Source: Mobula hypostoma
Lineage: Eukaryota
Reading direction: 5' to 3'
Length of the DNA: 64,000 bases
Assembly: GCF_963921235.1 (NCBI RefSeq)
Contig: NC_086109.1
Coordinates: 16,370,001-16,434,000 of the forward strand
The notes below the pieces were generated by a model. It was not told the DNA's origin. It did not search any database and saw nothing but the letters and a program-made list of their open reading frames with translations. The position numbers were made by a program, and so were the translations under genes. Of this stretch, positions 34,766-49,200 are shown piece by piece. Every line of letters starts with the position of its first letter. Position 1 is the stretch's first letter.

Positions 34766-36457
34766 CAAAATAACAATTTAGAATCAATTTTAAAATGCTC
34801 TTAATTATATATAAGGCTCAGAATAATGTAACTCCTCCGTACATTTTGAAGTGTCTATCCCCTTACATACCTAATCATAATCTTAAATCCATGAATGTTG
34901 TTGTTAGTAGAGCCACGCATATCTCAAAGAAATCTAATAAGAATATACATTTGCAACACACACAAAATGTTGGAAGAACTCAGCAGTTCAGGTAGCATTC
35001 ATGGAAATGGACAAACAGTTGAAATTTTAGACCAAGACCCTTCTTCAAGATGTCTCGTGTTTACAACAAGCATTTGTAAAGCACCATTAACCTAATAAGT
35101 TTCTGCATGATGCTTCACAGGTTGATCTAGGACCAAGCCACCGGAAGACAGTGTTGAGGCTCGTGACCAAAAGCCTGGTTAGAGGGACTATTTATTTCCA
35201 AGGAGCACACACAGAATGCTGGAAGAACTCAGCAGGTCAGGCAGTATCTATGGAAATGAACAAACAGTCCTTCAGGACAGTTATTAAGAGTTATATGGAA
35301 ATGGAATGGTTTAGTGGAGGTTTGAGGATCAGCGATGCCCCTGAGACTGAGAAGCAGGCCAGTCTGATAACTCCATCATTGTGTATAGAAGTTGAGACAT
35401 CTTGCTGCAATTTTACAAGACAATGGTGAGGCTACATTCTGGATATTGTGCTTACTTTTGCTCACCCTGCTGTAGGAAAGGTTGTATGAAGCTGGGAAGA
35501 GCGCAGACAAGATTTACAAGGATAGTGCCAGACTTGAGGGACTAAGCTACAGTGGGAGGTTGAGCCGGCTAAACCCAATGTATGACCACTAACGATGGGA
35601 CAATAAAAGTCCGGGTTACAGAACAGGCCAGAATCATCTCAGACTGTTGTAATCCAGAAAAGTATAAACCATGTGAACATATTATTTTTGTGGCCATTGG
35701 AGGCAGACAAGCAGAGAGTCCGTATTTTATATGGTATTTCCATGCACCATAGGAGACCATTCAACCCATCGGGCATTTGTAAGCTCACAGAGCAACCCCA
35801 CTACCCCAGTTATTTTCCCTTTAACTTCTTCTCGCCACATTGCTATCAACTCCTCCTAGAGATTCAATGGGAGGAGTTTACAGTGGTCAGTCAACTCAAC
35901 CAACTAGGGAATGTGGGAGGAAACCAGTGCATCCAGAGGAAACTCATACAGACCCAGGAGGAGCGTGGAATCTCCACATAGGCAGTGCCGGAGGGCAGAA
36001 TTGAACCCTGTCTATAGAGGCCTACAACAAAGGAATGGGCCCTTCAGCCCACCATGTTCATGCTCACTTTCTTGCCATCCACCCCCACGAAGGACCATAT
36101 AAGGGTCCTTGGAGCTGTGTTGCCATGCAGTCTATAAGAGAGGTACGTACAGTGAGGTTTGGCAGGAAAGAAGCCGTTCAGCCTATCGACAGGCAGTTAT
36201 TTCCGAGGATAGATGGAAACACAACAGGAATGATGGGCGCTTCAATGACTTTGCGTGAAGCTCAAATCTGCAAGTGGAGGAGAATTAAAAAGAAAACTGT
36301 AAATGCAAAACAGGTGAAAGAAAAATGGTTCAGAGATGAAGCAAACTGAACAGAGAGTGGAAAAAATAAACCCGTGTCCACTTGGTTTGGAGTGGCAATG
36401 TTAATTCAAGCCTGCATGCTTAAAGCATTTTTATGTTACAGCTAAAAGGAAGTGAAC

Positions 36458-36712
36458 CTGGTAGTATAATGGTGAGCACAACGCTTTATAGCATCAGTGA
36501 CCAGGTTTCAATTCACGCTGCTGTCGGTAAGGAATTTGTAGATTCTCCTTGTGACTGTGTGGATTTCACCAGGGTGCTCTGGTTTCCTCCCACATTCCAA
36601 AGATGTACGGGTTAGTAGGTTAATTGGTCACTTGACTGTAATTGGGCAGTGTGGACTCATTGGGCCGGCAGGACCTGTTACTGTGTTATACTCCTAAATA
36701 TGAAAAATAAAA
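36458..36712 (+). mobile_element. V-SINE
   Basis: tRNA-like head, V-domain ggtttcctcccacattccaaag, CR1-like tail. Confidence 0.78.
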
Positions 36713-38707
36713 TCTGTACAGGAAGAAAGTATGTTGAAATCATGGAGGAGGCAAAAGAGTAAAAGAGAAGATTGAGTGTTCAGTGGGAGAAATAGTTTGA
36801 ACCTATGCAGGCAAGAGGATTATGAAACATAATTTTTAATAAGTACAATTTGATATGTCCAATCAGTAAGGGAGAATGTGATTCCCTGCTGGTGGACTGA
36901 GTCATCGAGGACAGCTCTTTGTTTGCTTGGAATTATAGGTATGTGGCGTCACCATGATCCCCTGACCTCTCTCTCCCTCCCCCAACACCCCCCCCCCAAA
37001 TCACAGGGGAGCATTTTCATTAAGCATAAAGCTGTCGTGTAAAGGAGTATAGGGGGTTGGCTATCTTCCACAGGGGCTTTTTGTCCTCCATTACATCAAT
37101 TACCCACAATTCTTGGCAGAAAAAATGTCATGGTAACCAAGTGGCCTAAATAAATGAGGACAAAATGGCCCTGACTTGATGAAATGAGAAGAGAAAGTGG
37201 TGCATTGTCACAGCAAATTAAATGAGGCAAGTGTGTAGTGAAAGCAATGACTTTATTAATGGGGGACTATTTGAATAATTAAGATAAAATATTTGTACAT
37301 TGGAAATACCAGAAGGGCAGGAACTGTTAATGCTAAAACAACCATGAATGTAGAAAGCCTTCTCTAATTAAATGTATTGTCATTATCATAAATCATTTTA
37401 TGTTAATGACAATTAGTTGTAACATTGGCTGTAATATTGCGTGTGACTCACGTTAAGACAGACAACTATGCAAAGTACAAAGAGAATGATGATTGCAAAT
37501 TGAATACAGGTCCCTGAAGCAGTGAGTGATGTGATTTCCAGCTGCTTTTCAGAAAAGAATCAGAGGTCACATCTCAAATCCTGATAGTTTCACCTGTACT
37601 CGTAAGTCTGCGCAGAACAACAGAAAGCTCAAGGCTTTGTCAATATGGGTGCTTTAAAACATCAATTCCTTCCTATCAAGGGGACATGGTTTTCAGGATG
37701 AGGAGCCAGCTCTGTAAAAGTGGGATACTTCGAAATTCTCTCTCACAGAATATATTGAATCTCTCCCCTCTGTCAGTATCTACAGAGGTGCTGCTTCAAG
37801 AAGGCAACATCTGTCATCAGAGCTTCCCACTATCCTGCCATGCCACCTTCTTGCAGCTACCAAAGGTACACAAGCAGGTTCAGGAACAGCTACTTCCCTT
37901 CAACCATTGAGTTCTTGAACCAAAAGGCACAATCCTAATCGCTACATTCTAGCAAGCCTTTGATCACTTTGAATTAAAATGGACTTTTTTTTTGTTCTAA
38001 TTGTGTTCTTTCTTGTGAAAAAATTAGCATAATTTATGTTTACTTTCTTTGTGAATGCTGCTTATATGATGCTCTCTATGCCTCTGATGCTGCTGAAAGT
38101 AAGTCTTTATACATTTGATAATAAACTTGACTTTGGATCTCAGGAGATATCTGTTGCAGAGATCATTAGAAGTACTTAAAGTGGAGCTGGACCATTTTTT
38201 GACAAGAGGAGGGTTGAGGGCCGTGGGGACCTGGTACATGACAGGACTTGAACCTGGGGTAGATTTTCTTGTGTTTTCTCTTCTACAGATTGTCAGTTTT
38301 GTAATAAGGGTTCATCAGTGTGGCAAGTTTGTTTTCAGTTCCATGTGTTGTTCTATGAGGATCTCCATGTCATCCAGCCACCGCAGTATTACACACAAGG
38401 CCCACTGAATAATGAATGGGCATGTTCCTTCTTAATGTAGAAGAATGACCCAAGGAATTTCAGATTCAAAGTTCAGCTGAACACAAAATGACATGCCAAA
38501 GAAATATTGAATGTGTTGTTCAAAGGTTTGATCATGGAGTATAGGGAGATGGAGAGGCACGGTTGTTAAAGAGGGAATTCAGATTCAGAAACAGAATCAA
38601 GTTTTTTTTTGCGCTGACACAAGTCGTGAAACTTGTTGTTTTGTGGCTGCAATACAGTAAGTTAAAATAAAAATAAATAAATAATGCAAAAGAGGAATAG
38701 CGATAGA

Positions 38708-39063
38708 GTCTGAAAAGAGGATGCTGTCCAAGTTGCATGCCATCTTGGACAATGTCTCCCATCCACTACATAATGTACTGGTTGGGCACAGGAGTACATT
38801 CAGCCAGAGACTCATTCCACCGAGATGCAACACAGAGCGTCATAGGAAGTCATTCCTGCCCGTGGCCATCAAACTTTACAACTCCTCCCTTGGAGAGTCA
38901 GACACCCTGAGCCAATAGGCTGGTCCTGGACTTATTTCCGGGCATAATTTACATATTACTATTTAACTATTTATGGTTTTATTACTATTTATTATTTATG
39001 GAGCAACTGTAACGAAAGTCCAATTTCTCCCGGGATCAATAAAGTATGACTATGACTATGACT
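38708..39063 (+). mobile_element. Young Rex1 LINE 3' end
   Basis: LSKLHAILDNVSHPLHNVL...RCNTERHRKSFLPVAIKLYN; tail aataaagt(atgact)n. Confidence 0.88.
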
Positions 39064-39811
39064 TTGAGAGTTCATGGACTGTTCAGAACTCTGATGGCAG
39101 AAGCTGTTCCTAAAATGTTGAGTTCCTGAACCTCCTTCCTGATGGAAGTAAGGAGAAGAGATCATGTCCTGGACGGTGATGGTCCTTAATGATGGATGCT
39201 GCCTTCATGTGGCATCACCTTTGGAATTGTACAGTGTGGAGCTCAGGTAGCTGAAGCAATGGCTGCCATTAATGAAGTATTGGTGGGATAGGATGCATAA
39301 GAAGTTAGTGCTGGAGGCCCATGTGGTTACCACAAGCTGGAGGGCTGAAGGGGATTACTAAGATAAATTGGGATGAGACCATATGCAATATGAATGTAGG
39401 GAAGAACACTTCACTTTAAAATATTGGACAACCAAGAAATAAAGTCGATGAGCAAATTCAGGGATTGAAGTGAAGTCATAGAACATGAAAATTGGTGGTG
39501 ATGTGAATAGTAAGGTTTTCAAAGGGCACAGTGCGATATAGATCAGTTGAAAACATGCATGGAGAGATGGCTGATAGAGTTTAATCCAGACAGGTTTAAG
39601 GTGGTGCATTCCCATTTGTATGTTCTTCCCTTGACCATGTGGGTTTCCTCTGGTGCTCTGGTTTCCCCCCACATTGCAAAGACATACGGGTTAGTAGGGG
39701 TTAATAAATTGTGGGCATTGTATTTGGTGCTGGAAGCGTGTCAGCACCTCTGGGTAGCCCCCAACACATCCTGAGACTGCACTGGTCGTTGACCCAAAGC
39801 AATGCATTTCA

Positions 39812-39973
39812 CCCAAAATGCTGGAGGAACTCAGCAGACCAGGAAACATCTATGGAAAAGAGTAAACCGTTGACCTTACAAGCCGAGACTCTTCATCAGG
39901 ACCCTTCATGTGGCCTGCTGCGTTTTATGTGCATTACTTTGATTTCCAGCATCTGCAGATTTTCTCTTGTTCT
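39812..39973. mobile_element. Older short inverted PLE pLTR insertion inside a V-SINE
   Basis: TSD aa(t/c)gcatttca at 39801-39811 and 39974-39984; both pLTR orientations present. Confidence 0.7.
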
Positions 39974-40034
39974 AACGCATTTCATGCTATGTTTCAATGT
40001 TTCGATGTGTGTGTGAAAAATAAAGCTAATCTTA

Positions 40035-40780
40035 TTTATTTTGGGAGGTCAAATGCAAGAGAAAAATATAAAATAAAAGGTAGGACACTCAGAGCTTTGA
40101 AGTCAAGAGGGATCTTGAGATATAAGATCCTGAAAATGGAAACAGAACTGGATAGGATGGTAAGGAAGGTATAGAGTATGCTTGCCTTCATTGGTCAGGG
40201 CATTGAATATAAGTGTTGGAACCTCATGTTGCAGCTGTACAAAACTCTGGTTAGGCTACCTTTGGAGTGTTACATGTAGATCTGGTCACCACAATATAGA
40301 AAATGAGGCTTTGAGAGGTTGCAGAAGAGGTTCATTAGGAAGTTGCCTGAATTGGAGGGTATTAGCTCTGGGGAGAGGTTGGACAAATTTGTATTGTTTT
40401 CTTTGGGGCATCGCAGGCAGAGTGACAACCTGAGAGAAGTATGTAAAATGATGAAAAACCACAGTACGTAGTTAGTCATTTTCCCAGGGTGGGAATGTCA
40501 ACTAAAACAGGGCATAGGTTTAAAGTTGGGGGTGGGGGGAGTGGTAAGTATAAGGGTCACGGACGAGGCAAGTTCTTCACACAGTGGTAGGTGCTTGGAA
40601 TATGCTGCTAGGAGAGATATGACAGAAGCAGATAATGCAGCGCAGTTAGACCAACACATGAACAGCCAGGGAATGGAATGATACGCACCATGTGCAGAGA
40701 AGTGGGCTTAGTTAGATTAGTATTATGGTCAATACCAGACATGATGGGCAGAAGGGCCTGTTCTTTGCTGTACTTTTCTA
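40035..40780 (+). mobile_element. CR1/HER1 3' fragment
   Basis: gcagctgtacaaaactctggttaggc; tail gggcagaagggcctgttc. Confidence 0.75.
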
Positions 40781-40944
40781 GGTAAGCTAGTCCTTTGGCC
40801 CACCATGTCTGCTCTGACCAACACCTGCCCATTCACACAAATCCTACATTAACTCCACATTCCCATCAACTTTCCCAGATTCCACTACTCCCCTACATAC
40901 CAGGGGTAACTTTCAGCAGCCAATTAACCTACCAACCTGGATGT

Positions 40945-41584
40945 CCCACCAGCGCCTTAACTTTCTGAGAAAACTAATGAAATTTGGCCTGTCCCCTAAA
41001 ACCCTCACTAATTTTTATAGATGCACTGTAGAAAGCATTCTTCTAGGGTGCATCACAACCTGGTATGGAAGTTGTCCTGTCCAAGACCAAAAGAAGCTGC
41101 AGAAGATCGTGAACACGGCACAGCACATCACACAAACCAATCTTCCGTACTTGGACTCACTTTACACCGCTCGCTGTCGGAGCAGTGCTGCCAGGATAAT
41201 CAAGGACATGACCCACCCAGCCAACACACTTTTCGTCCCTCTTCCCTCCGGGAGAAGGCTCAGGGGCTGAAAGACTCGTACGGCCAGATTTTGGAACAGC
41301 ATCTTTCCAACTGTGATAAGACTGCTGAATGGATCCTGACCCAGATCTGGGCCGTACCCTCCAAATATCCGGACCTGCCTCTTGGTTTTTTTGCACTACC
41401 TTCCTTTCCATTTTTCTATTTTCTATTTATGATTTATAATTTAAATTTTTAATATTTACTAATTGTTACTATTTTTAATATTTAATATTTGTAATCCAGG
41501 GAGCGGGAAGCGCAGAATCAAATATCACTGTGATGATTGTACGTTCTAGTATCAATTGTTTGGCGACAATAAAGTATAAAGTAT
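40945..41584 (+). mobile_element. Young Rex1/Babar LINE 3' end
   Basis: QRLNFLRKLMKFGLSPKTLTNFYRCTVESIL...HPANTLFVPLPSGRRLR; tail aataaagtataaagta. Confidence 0.88.
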
Positions 41585-43699
41585 GTGGGAGGAAGCCAGA
41601 CCACCCAGAAGAAGCCTATGTGGTCACAGTGCGAATGTGCAGACTCCACACAGACAGTATCCCGGTTCAGGATTGATCCCTAGTCTCTGAAGCTGAGGTA
41701 GAGATATGTTCAAAGTTCAAAGTAGATTTTTTATCAAAATACATATATGTCACCATAAGATTTATTTTCTTGCAGGCATTGTCAATAAATCTATAAAGTA
41801 ATAACGATAACAAGCTCAATGAAAGAGTGCGCCAACAAATGACAACAAACAGCAAATACAAAAAGAAAGAAAAAAGGAATAACAACAAATATTGAGAACG
41901 TGACATAAAAAGTCTTTGAAAGTGAACCAATTAGTTGTGGGAACATTTCCACAAAGGGGCAAGTGAAGTTGAGTGAAGTTATCCCCTTTCATTCAACAGC
42001 CTGATGGTTGAGGGGTAATAACAGTTCCTGAAGCTTGTGGTGTGAGTCCTGAGGCTTCCGTACCATCTCTTTGATTGCAGCAGTGAGAAGATAGCACAAC
42101 CTGGGTGATGGGTTCCCCGATGACAGATGCTGCTTTCCTGTGACAACACTCCGTAAAGATGTGGTCAATGGTGGGGAGGCATTTATCCACTACTTTTTGG
42201 AGGATTTTCCATTCAAGGGCATTGATGTTCCCATACCAGTCTGTGATACAGCCAGTCAATATACTCTCCACTACGCATCTACAGAAGTTTGTTAATGCGG
42301 AATCTATGCAAACTTCTAAGGAAGTAACTAACTGTGCCACTGATGTATGTCAGACATGGGTGGCAAAGTTATGCTGAGCCAAAATGTGCAGTTGATTGAA
42401 AGTGGGAAGCTTGCCTGCAAAGGATTGGGATGGTCTAGAATGAAGGTGAGAAAGGCATTGGTGAAGATGTCAGGGGTGGATGGGATACTGGTACAGAAAT
42501 GGAAAGCAAATATTGTTAAGATGAGGTTTTTAGGTCAGGAGACCACCTTAAGATGAATGAGTCTTTAAACTCAGAGCCTTTGTACACAACCGTGTTTGGG
42601 AAGGAAACGGAGTAATTGACCATCATGTTGCCCCAGTGAATAGGTCTGAAGGCAATTGCTGTGGTTTTTTGTATGATTAAACGGTGGGATAATACCACAT
42701 CCAAGCTCCACTATTAAATCAAAGAACAACAGCTTCAAGAGATGGTGTGGAAATGTTACAGGAATGGTAATTCAATCCTCCAGGACTATCTATCTGGGTT
42801 GTTTCTTTCACTAACTGATTTTTTTGATGGTACTTACCATCTATTTTTGTATTAAGACTCTTACTTCCCAAAAAAACCCAGCAGTTTATCATTTAAAACC
42901 CCGCACTACTCCTGGGGGACGGTCATTGTATGATGGGGAAAAGTTCTCAATCTGCTTTTAGCTGGTTGTCAGCTGTGTTGTTCTTGTAATTGCCCCTGTA
43001 CCACAGGGAAAACTTATTTTCACCATTGCTCTTTGTTGCTTTAGATTTAAACTTTGAGTTTACATGAAGCTGACTAACTCAGGGAAAGGTGGAGGCAAAT
43101 AACTTTGATATAATTAAAGCAATAGCCAGCCGACGGTGTAGTGGCATCAGCACCAGACTTCAAGACAAATGGTGCCATGTTCGAATCCAGCTGGTTTCTT
43201 GCACGCTTTCCATCAGTGCTGGGTTGAGCATCAAGCTAGCAAATTGGCCTTGTAAAAAACAGTCAAAGTGCTATGGGAATGGCGAAAATGCTGCCCAATG
43301 TGCCTCAGTGCGTGGAACCACAAATTAAAGGGATGCAAAATAAACATAAATAGGAAAGGGACAAGATTATGTTGATGCAGTTAGATGAGGCAAATAATGG
43401 AAGGAACTAGTGTGGAAAACAAATAGCTATTGACTATTCGGGGTCAATAACCTGTCTCTGTTGCAAATTCTATCCTGGTTTTAGATTTCCATGCCACTGA
43501 GTTTGATTTATTGAGAAAATGGAAAGGCCAGGTACTACGATCATTTGTTGGCTGAAGGTGCTAGTTTCAGGTTTTCAGGAAAGAGTTACCCAGAGGTAAT
43601 AAGCTGAAGTGCTGGAAATAATTAGCAAGTAAGACAGCATCTGTAGGGAGAGAAGCAGAGGTTACATATCAGATGAAAAGTTATTGGCCTGAAATATTA

Positions 43700-44285
43700 A
43701 AAGCAAGGATTTAATGTTGAGGCTTTACAAGGCACTGGTCAGGCCATACTTGGAGTATTGTGAGCAGTTTTGGGCCCCTTATCTGAGAAAAAATGTGCTG
43801 GCATTGGAGAGGGTCCAGAGGAGGTTCACAAGAATGACTTTGGGAACGAAAGGGTTAATGTATGAGGAGAGTACTTGCTGTGCCTCTACTTGCTGGAGTT
43901 TAGAAGAATGACGGGTGATCTCATTGAAACCTATCGAATACTGAAAGGCCCAGGTAGAGTGGGAGCGGAGAGGATGCTTCCTATAGTGGGTGAGTCAGGT
44001 GGCTCAGCCTCAGAATAGAAAGATATCCATTTAGAACAGAAATGAGGAGGAACTTCTTTAGTCAGAAGGTAGTGAATCTGTGCCAGAGACAGCTGTAGAA
44101 GCCAACTCATTGGGTATATTTAAAGTAGAGTTTGATAGGTTCTTCATTAGTCAGGGTGTCAAAAGCTACATGGAGAAACCATGAGAATAAGGTTGAGAGG
44201 GACAATAAATCAGCCATGATGGAATGTTGGAACAGACTTGATGGGCCAAGTGGCTTAATTCTGCTCCTATTCCTTGTGGTCTTAT
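43700..44285 (+). mobile_element. CR1/HER1 3' fragment
   Basis: MLRLYKALVRPYLEYCEQFWAPYLRK; tail ctgctcctattccttgtggtctta. Confidence 0.88.
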
Positions 44286-44710
44286 TAACTCTGTATTCCA
44301 CTCTGTGAAGAATACTCTCTACTGGAATCATAATGTCATAGTGTACTGTTCGATATTTTTACTTTAGACTTCCAACACCTGCAAGATTTCAGTTATGGAA
44401 GGAGTTACTCAGGCCTGGCTTTGATTCATGTGTATTGTAAACCACCACAGACGTGCAACATTGGGCTAAAAGGAATTGTTCATCCGTGAGATCTGTTGTA
44501 ATTATCAGTGTTAAACTGTGATTGTTTGGTTACGTGGAGACCAGAGGGCAGATTAATCCTATGAGACAAGGATTGTGATGCTTACTTGTACAATGTCTTA
44601 GATCATTGCAACATCTAAACAAACATGTGTATTATCATTCTTTCTTGTAAAATGAATATGCTTATTGTGCCTGCATAGTAAATGTCTAATCAGTTTCAAA
44701 CACCAAGAAG

Positions 44711-44960
44711 GGGCAGTACAGCACCATAGCAGTTAGCGTAATGCTATTACAGTGCCAGTGAATTGAGTTCAATTCTGCTGCCGATAGTAAGGAGTTCGTA
44801 AATTCTCCTTGTGACCGCCTGGGATTCCTTCCGGTGCTCTGGTTTCCTCCCACATTCCATTAGTAGGTTAATTGGTCAGATGGGCGTATTTGGGCAGTGC
44901 GAGCCCACAGGGCCAGAGGGCCTGTTAGTTACTACATTGTGTCTCTAACAAAATAAAGCA
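44711..44960 (+). mobile_element. V-SINE
   Basis: gggcagtacagc head, B box, V-domain. Confidence 0.78.
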
Positions 44961-46059
44961 TAAATATTCAACACACATCAAAGTTGCTGGTGAATGCAGC
45001 AGGCCGTACTGCATTATACACATCCACATTTATCTTTGGATAATATCTCTATCTCTTTGAAAGTTTCTTTGCTTGTTTGGTATTATAGAGGACAGATACC
45101 CCTAACACAATTTTCACAAGCTCAGGCCATCCCAGTGTATTTTATAGCCAATGAAATATTTTTGAAAGATAGTCAATCTAACAATGTAAGAATTGCTGCA
45201 CCGGTTTACACATGGCGCGACCTTACAACTGGGGCAACCGGGCATTCTCTATTTTTAGCGGTGCTGATTGAAGGAGAGAACATTTGTCACCTTCAGAAGA
45301 AAGCCATAAAATTTTTTACTTCACCGGAGAGAATAGACAAGTCTCAATGAAAGCTGGTAGCTCTGGTGGTACGGCACTCCCTCGGCACTGCACTGAAATC
45401 TGCTTGGATCCTGCGTGTTTCAGTGCCTGAAGCAATGAGAACTGAAGTAAAGACAGGATGGCCCTAAAAGATTGTTCCAACAAGCTTTAAGGAACTGAGT
45501 GGCTCACAGCTCCGGTTTCCTCCCACACTCTTAATCGGGAGGGGTTGTAGGTTAATTGGCCACTGTAAATTGTCCCTAGTGTGCTGCTGAGTGGTAGAAT
45601 CCAGGAATGGGAAAATAATAAATAGGATTAGTGTAAACATGTGTTGGTGCGGATTTGATGAGCTGGAGGACTAGTTTCTGTGATGTTTAACTCCATGAGG
45701 CTAGGCACTATGTGTATAACATATTGCTTATTCTCTACCCCAAGATCAGCTTTTATTTGTCAGAGGATAATCGAAATATACAGTGGCATGCATCGTTTGC
45801 GTTAAGGACCAGCACAATCAAAGATGTGCTGGGAGCAGCCCGTAAGTATCCACATGCTTCCGTCGCCAATATAGCATGCCCATCCAGTCATGGGGAGAAC
45901 ATAACGAATTCCTTACAGATTGTGGTGGGTATTGAACACACAGCGCTGGGCGCTTTCGAAGTGTTGCGCAAAGCGCTGCCGTGCCGCCCTGTTTACACTA
46001 GCTATTGGCATGCCAGCCTCTTTTTACATTGCACACGACCAAAGTGCGGTCAGTCATCC

Positions 46060-46516
46060 TCGGTCAAGTTGTGGTGAGGACGGGTTTGGGGCGGGGGGCG
46101 GTTGTCTGCCCTCCCTCAGCTGATGGTAGGAATGACAGATAAACAATTGGCTGCGTCCGGTTCCATGCAGGAATATCACTGACTCCCGGTCTGAAGTTTG
46201 AGAGCGCGTGTACGTGTGCGTGTGCGCGCAGCGGAAAGCGGCCTGCCGTCGCGCATGTCCTTTTGTGCAGAGGATTGCATCTGCTGAATTATTTACGAGC
46301 AGCTGAGAGGGCGAAGGAGGGACTGAGAGTGTAGAAAGGGGGACAGCTGTCAATAAATAAAACATGATATTGCCCACCCATTGTCAGTGGCAATGATAAT
46401 CTGGAGCAGAGATATTCTCGGTTTGGAGGAGAGGGAAATGCCAGGTTTTAGCAGGAGGGAAGATTTCACGGGAGGTTGTATGAGCAACTCCACTGAGACG
46501 AGACTTTAACCAGCAG
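46060..46516 (+). promoter_or_regulatory. Candidate CpG-rich promoter and non-coding first exon
   Basis: GC boxes ggggcggggggcgg, inverted CCAAT (attgg), local CpG enrichment, donor CAG/gtaccg at 46516/46517. Confidence 0.45.
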
Positions 46517-47729
46517 GTACCGTGCATCTCTGTTATCTGCTTGCGTTTTCCATTCAAAAGCGGCTTATTAATTTTTAATAACTTGTAAAGAAAACTGTTC
46601 CAGCATTTCTATACGTATTAGGTGTGAAAGACTGAAGCAGCAGTTTAGCGCGTCTCACTCTGCATGGCTAATCCTTCATCTCTTCAAGTTCTACTGACTC
46701 GGAACAAGAAGAAATTGAACCAAAGGGAATAATATAGATAGTGACAATAGAAATAGTGTCTGGCATACTACCGAGGGAGGATTTAAAGCAAGATCTTCTC
46801 AAAATCTGCAAAAAATTAAAATCACAAATCGAATTAAAATGACTGTTCCCTATTAATATACGTACAAAATGCTGGAGGTGCTGCCGAGTTCCACCAGCAT
46901 TTTGTGTTGCTGTGGATTTCCAGCATCTGCAGAATGTCTTGTGTGTATTTCGCTTACTGACTTGGGTATTGAAGTCGCAAATGAACATTGTAGGAGGAAT
47001 CTAATCAAAAGGTTCAAATGTAAAGAATGGCGATTTGGGAGTATGTTACAGGCTGGAATATACACAAAAGATTTAGTTAACAGTAGATAACTGGGAGTGG
47101 GCTGCAGACTGGGAATTATAGGAAATATCAGGTGGTTTATAGACAGATTGAGAGGGCAGGGCGTTGTGACAGAGTGGAATCTAATTGAAAGATATGGAAG
47201 ATTTGTATGAAGATTTGTAGAGATAACAATGAATATGTAGGATTTACTGGCTGTAATTGAAGTGTTCATAACGTAATAAATATGCAAATAGATTGTATAT
47301 TTTATAAATCTATTATTAGATTGTTGTAATGTGACCTATTGTGCTGTCTTATATTATTGAACATGATAATGCTTTCCTCACTGTTAGGAGAATCTTGTGC
47401 TGATGTTGAAGGCAACATGTTACAACATGTTGCTCTGTACAGGGAGCAGAAAAAAAAAGTCTAGATTTCTCTCCCAAAGTGCCAGTATAGACACAAAGGG
47501 ACAAATGGCTTCCTGTTGTATTGTATCACCCTGTGATTGTGCTGTTATTGGTGGTAATTTCTATGTTCATGTACACTGCTTCATCTGCTCATTTTTTCTA
47601 TAACTGAATGTGTGTGTGTGTGTGTGTGTGTGTGTGCCCGCGCGCGCACGCCCCGAAGGTGGCAGATAGCCTGTGCTGCTATGAAGTGCATGTTTACCAT
47701 GGAGGTGTCATGGTCGATACTGTTTAAAA

Positions 47730-47939
47730 AACACACACAAAATGCTGGAGGAACTGAAAAGGAAGGGGAAAGGGGGAAGACGAGCATTTTCCCCCTTCCT
47801 TTTCAGTCCTGATGAAGGGTCTCAGCCCGAAACATCAACTGTTTATTCATATCCATAGATGCTGCCTGACCTGCTGAGTTCCTCCAGCATTTTGTGTGCG
47901 TTACTTTGGATTTCCAGCATCTGCAGACTTTCTCGTGTT
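47730..47939 (+). mobile_element. Short PLE pLTR insertion with inverted 5' stub and hammerhead (47804-47841)
   Basis: acacacaaaatgctggaggaact is the inverse of agttcctccagcattttgtgtg; cagtcctgatgaagggtctcagcccgaaacatcaactg. Confidence 0.8.
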
Positions 47940-48559
47940 AATTATATAAGCAGTCTTTTTTATGTACAACTAATTCCCATTTTCTTGGTGGCGCAGTTAC
48001 TGTACAAGAATCTGTGTGATGTATACAAGTATTATATAGATCTATATAATACTTGTATACATCCCAGTATATGGATATACTGGTATGTAGATCTCTGTGA
48101 AGCTATGGATGCTAGAAAACTGGAGGGCTATGCAGGAGGGAAGGGTTAGATTGATCTTCGAGTAGGTTAAAAGGTCAGTGCAACGTCGTGGGCCAAAAGG
48201 CCTGGACTATGCTGTAGTGTTCTGTGTTCTAATACACAATCATATATGTGTTCTCCACTAGCAAGTACAGATTTGATTGAAAGGTGATTTGAATATATCT
48301 ATTTGTCACTCTGATGGCATTGACCCATCCTGTTTTTATGACAAAGATTCAGTGGTCTTTAATGCTTACAAAGGCAGATTTTTTTTTTGCGTAAGGTTAG
48401 AATGTAAATGGTTCTTTACACTTGCCAATAATCACAAAATCCTGGCAACTCAATAGGAGCCAGGAGTCCACGTGTCAGTTATAAAGCTGCTTTACTTGTA
48501 GTTTTCCACTGGATGACAGGGTCCGATCTGCAGAATCCTGGGTTGGCAAAATGTGGTTT

Positions 48560-49200
48560 AGCTCTGTTAGGCTGACCCTTGGGACTGTCTCAGTTCTTTG
48601 GGTTTTCAGGAGGCTGATGAGGGCATTGTGGGTGCCTGCAGATACTGCAACAGGGAGGGCAGGTCGTACTTGGTGGGGTGGGTGGTACACTCCTGTGATT
48701 TAGGGTGGGCTTCTCTCCATTCCCAATGATCAACTCCAGTTTCTCAAAGCTATCTTCAGTGTTCCTACTTCATTTTGAGTGGTCATGGGCCTGAGGTTGT
48801 CACTGATTAGATGCGATCTCCCAGATGGCTTTTTAAGGAGGCTTTGGGAACAATACTGAATTGTTTCCTCTGCCTGCTTGGTGATATTGTGCTATGATGG
48901 GGCTCAAAGCTGAACGTCAGGATCAAGAGTCTAGTGTGGGGCTTGTCAAAGAAGTGGCCTGACCAGTGGAACCAGCTGATTCTAACTAGCACCTGGCTGC
49001 TGAGGATTTCATCTGGGAGAGGATGCTGACATTGGCTCACTTTTCCTGGCAGTGGATTTGGAGAATTCTGTGATGTCAATGTTTGTGTTGGCAGCCCAGC
49101 ATTTCAAGGTGTTTGCCATGGGCAGTTCATCACTGAATAGTGTACATGAAGGAATGGTTCACTGTGACTGCGTAGACCACAAAGTTCATGCAGGATTTTA
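48560..49200 (-). mobile_element. Highly degenerate RTE-clade LINE 3' part
   Basis: Minus-strand peptides RILQIHCQEK-ANVSILSQ and ...NALISLLKTQ resemble the RTE C-terminus. Confidence 0.5.
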
